In this document: positions 63,191 to 64,000 of the stretch, piece after piece | Layout of the letters: each line of letters starts with the position of its first letter | Numbering within the stretch: position 1 is the stretch's first letter | Source: Bacillota bacterium | GTDB taxonomy: Bacteria; Bacillota_I; Bacilli_A; RFN20; CAG-288 | Direction: 5' to 3' | DNA length: 64,000 nucleotides | Assembly: GCA_023459795.1 (NCBI GenBank) | Contig: JAEWSP010000001.1 | Span: 17,242 to 81,241, forward strand | Made by a program: the position numbers and the translations under genes | The notes under the pieces: model-generated | Databases searched by the model: none | What the model saw: the letters and a program-made list of their open reading frames with translations, nothing else | Told to the model about the DNA's origin: nothing

Positions 63191-63248
63191 TTGTTACTAG
63201 CTCCTACTACATCTCTATCCGAAGTCCGTGCTTTTTACGGAAAAAGCT

Positions 63249-63280
63249 CCTCGAAATTTCGAGGAGCTTTACTTTGTGAG
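63249..63280 (-). terminator. Terminator of the yloV-like gene (28-bp perfect palindrome)
   Basis: AAAGCTCCTCGAAATTTCGAGGAGCTTT (63253-63280) followed on the minus strand by a U-run (GCUUUUUCCG). Confidence 0.7.
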
Positions 63281-63290
63281 ATGATTTGGG

Positions 63291-64000
63291 CTATTCAACG
63301 GAAACAAAGAAGGAATAAACCGGCTGACCGCCATCTTCCACCTGAACATCAAGAGTCTCGCCATATGCATCACCTAATTCTTCAACAATCTTTTCTTTTT
63401 CCTTCTTGGTCACATCCTTGCCACAAATGACCGTGACAATCTGGGATTCCTCATTCACCATGGAAGAAATCATCTTTTTCAAGGTCTTGATTTTGTCAGG
63501 AAGGCAGCAAACAATCTTCTTCTGCGTGATTCCCATGAACTTTCCTTTTTCAACGGTAACTCCATCGATTGTGGTGTCTTTGATTGCATAAGTGACTTCG
63601 CCACTCTTGATGCTAGAAATATTTTCTTTCATCGAATCGCAGTTCTCTTCGACTGAAGCAGTCGGATTAAAGACCATGCAAGCAACAAGTCCTTCCGGAA
63701 TAGTCTTAGTGGGGATAACTTCGACATGGCAGTTTTCAGTTAATTCAGCAGCCTGTTTTGCTGCCATATAAATGTTTCCGTTATTAGGAAAGATAAAAAC
63801 ATTTTTAGAATTCAAAGATTGAATGGCATTAACAAAATCCTTTGTAGAAGGATTCATGGTTTGTCCGCCAGAAACAATGTAGTCAACATTAAGGTCTTTG
63901 AAAAGTTTCTCAATCCCATCTCCAACAGCAACGGCAATCAAAGCATTCTCCTTGAGTTCTGCAGCTTTGGCAGCAGAAGGCTGTTCAGAAACCTTCTTCT
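63291..64000 (-). CDS. yloV: DAK2-domain fusion protein YloV-like; C-terminal part only, with the 5' end outside the window
   Basis: …AVAVGDGIEKLFKDLNVDYIVSGGQTMNPSTKDF…IFPNNGNIYMAAKQA… is typical of the YloV C-terminal domain. Synteny upstream of recG supports the call. Confidence 0.8.
   Translation of the reverse strand, partial: KKVSEQPSAAKAAELKENALIAVAVGDGIEKLFKDLNVDYIVSGGQTMNPSTKDFVNAIQSLNSKNVFIFPNNGNIYMAAKQAAELTENCHVEVIPTKTIPEGLVACMVFNPTASVEENCDSMKENISSIKSGEVTYAIKDTTIDGVTVEKGKFMGITQKKIVCCLPDKIKTLKKMISSMVNEESQIVTVICGKDVTKKEKEKIVEELGDAYGETLDVQVEDGGQPVYSFFVSVE

Larger units (their letters stand above)
61988..63248 (-). mobile_element. TnpB-only IS200/IS605-family (IS1341-like) element without tnpA, inserted between yloV and recG. 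Ends are approximate.
   Basis: It interrupts the otherwise conserved yloV-recG adjacency. The short 5' flank (63191-63248) has a small hairpin CCGT-AAAAAGC-ACGG. The gene uses codons (TTA, CTA) that the surrounding core genes avoid. Confidence 0.5.

Noticed and set aside
1-64000. Alternative genetic code (TGA read as Trp, Mollicutes code 4), considered because of the Mollicutes-like gene content
   Set aside because: Long essential genes (rpoB, rpoC, ffh and others) are uninterrupted under the standard code. TGA is used as a terminal stop, for example in ftsY, tnpB and the 86-aa ORF.
1-64000. CRISPR arrays, rRNA operons, prophage or integrase genes
   Set aside because: No regularly spaced direct repeats, no 16S/23S/5S-like sequence and no integrase, capsid or terminase-like ORFs were seen on reading through the window.

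Overview
64-kb chromosomal segment of a mid-GC bacterium that uses the standard genetic code: TGA serves as a stop codon and long ORFs such as rpoB and rpoC are intact. The lineage looks like Bacillota or a Mollicutes relative. Conserved Firmicute-type housekeeping blocks dominate. These are rplK-rplA-rplJ-rplL-rpoB-rpoC plus tRNA-Gly on the minus strand, yloV-recG-plsX-rnc-ftsY-ylxM-ffh on the minus strand, and rpsP-khpA-rimM-trmD on the plus strand. Between them lie an oppBCDFA oligopeptide permease operon and a roughly 16-kb beta-glucoside/glucan utilisation locus. That locus carries an SBP lipoprotein, a GH94 phosphorylase, an MsmK-like ATPase, two permeases, LacI, an SGNH esterase lipoprotein, a membrane-anchored GH3 and a CBM-repeat lipoprotein. 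Also present are small regulators (TetR, MerR, XRE), pepC, an AspC-type aminotransferase, an SDR epimerase and a LytTR/AgrC-type two-component pair. The accessory-looking parts are as follows. (i) A giant Upf1-like SF1 helicase with a REase-like tail runs off the left edge; it is missing from the ORF track because it has no in-window stop. (ii) An adjacent AT-rich secreted-protein gene sits with two fused NBD-FtsX (MacB-type) ABC genes, one of them frameshifted. (iii) A solo TnpB with a highly structured 3' flank (candidate omega-RNA) is inserted between yloV and recG. (iv) An 86-aa three-TM protein is translationally coupled inside the ftsY-ylxM-ffh SRP operon. No rRNA genes or CRISPR arrays were seen. 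Many long ORFs in the supplied track are codon-aligned antisense shadows of real genes. All coordinates for promoters, terminators and RNA structures were derived by eye and need computational confirmation.
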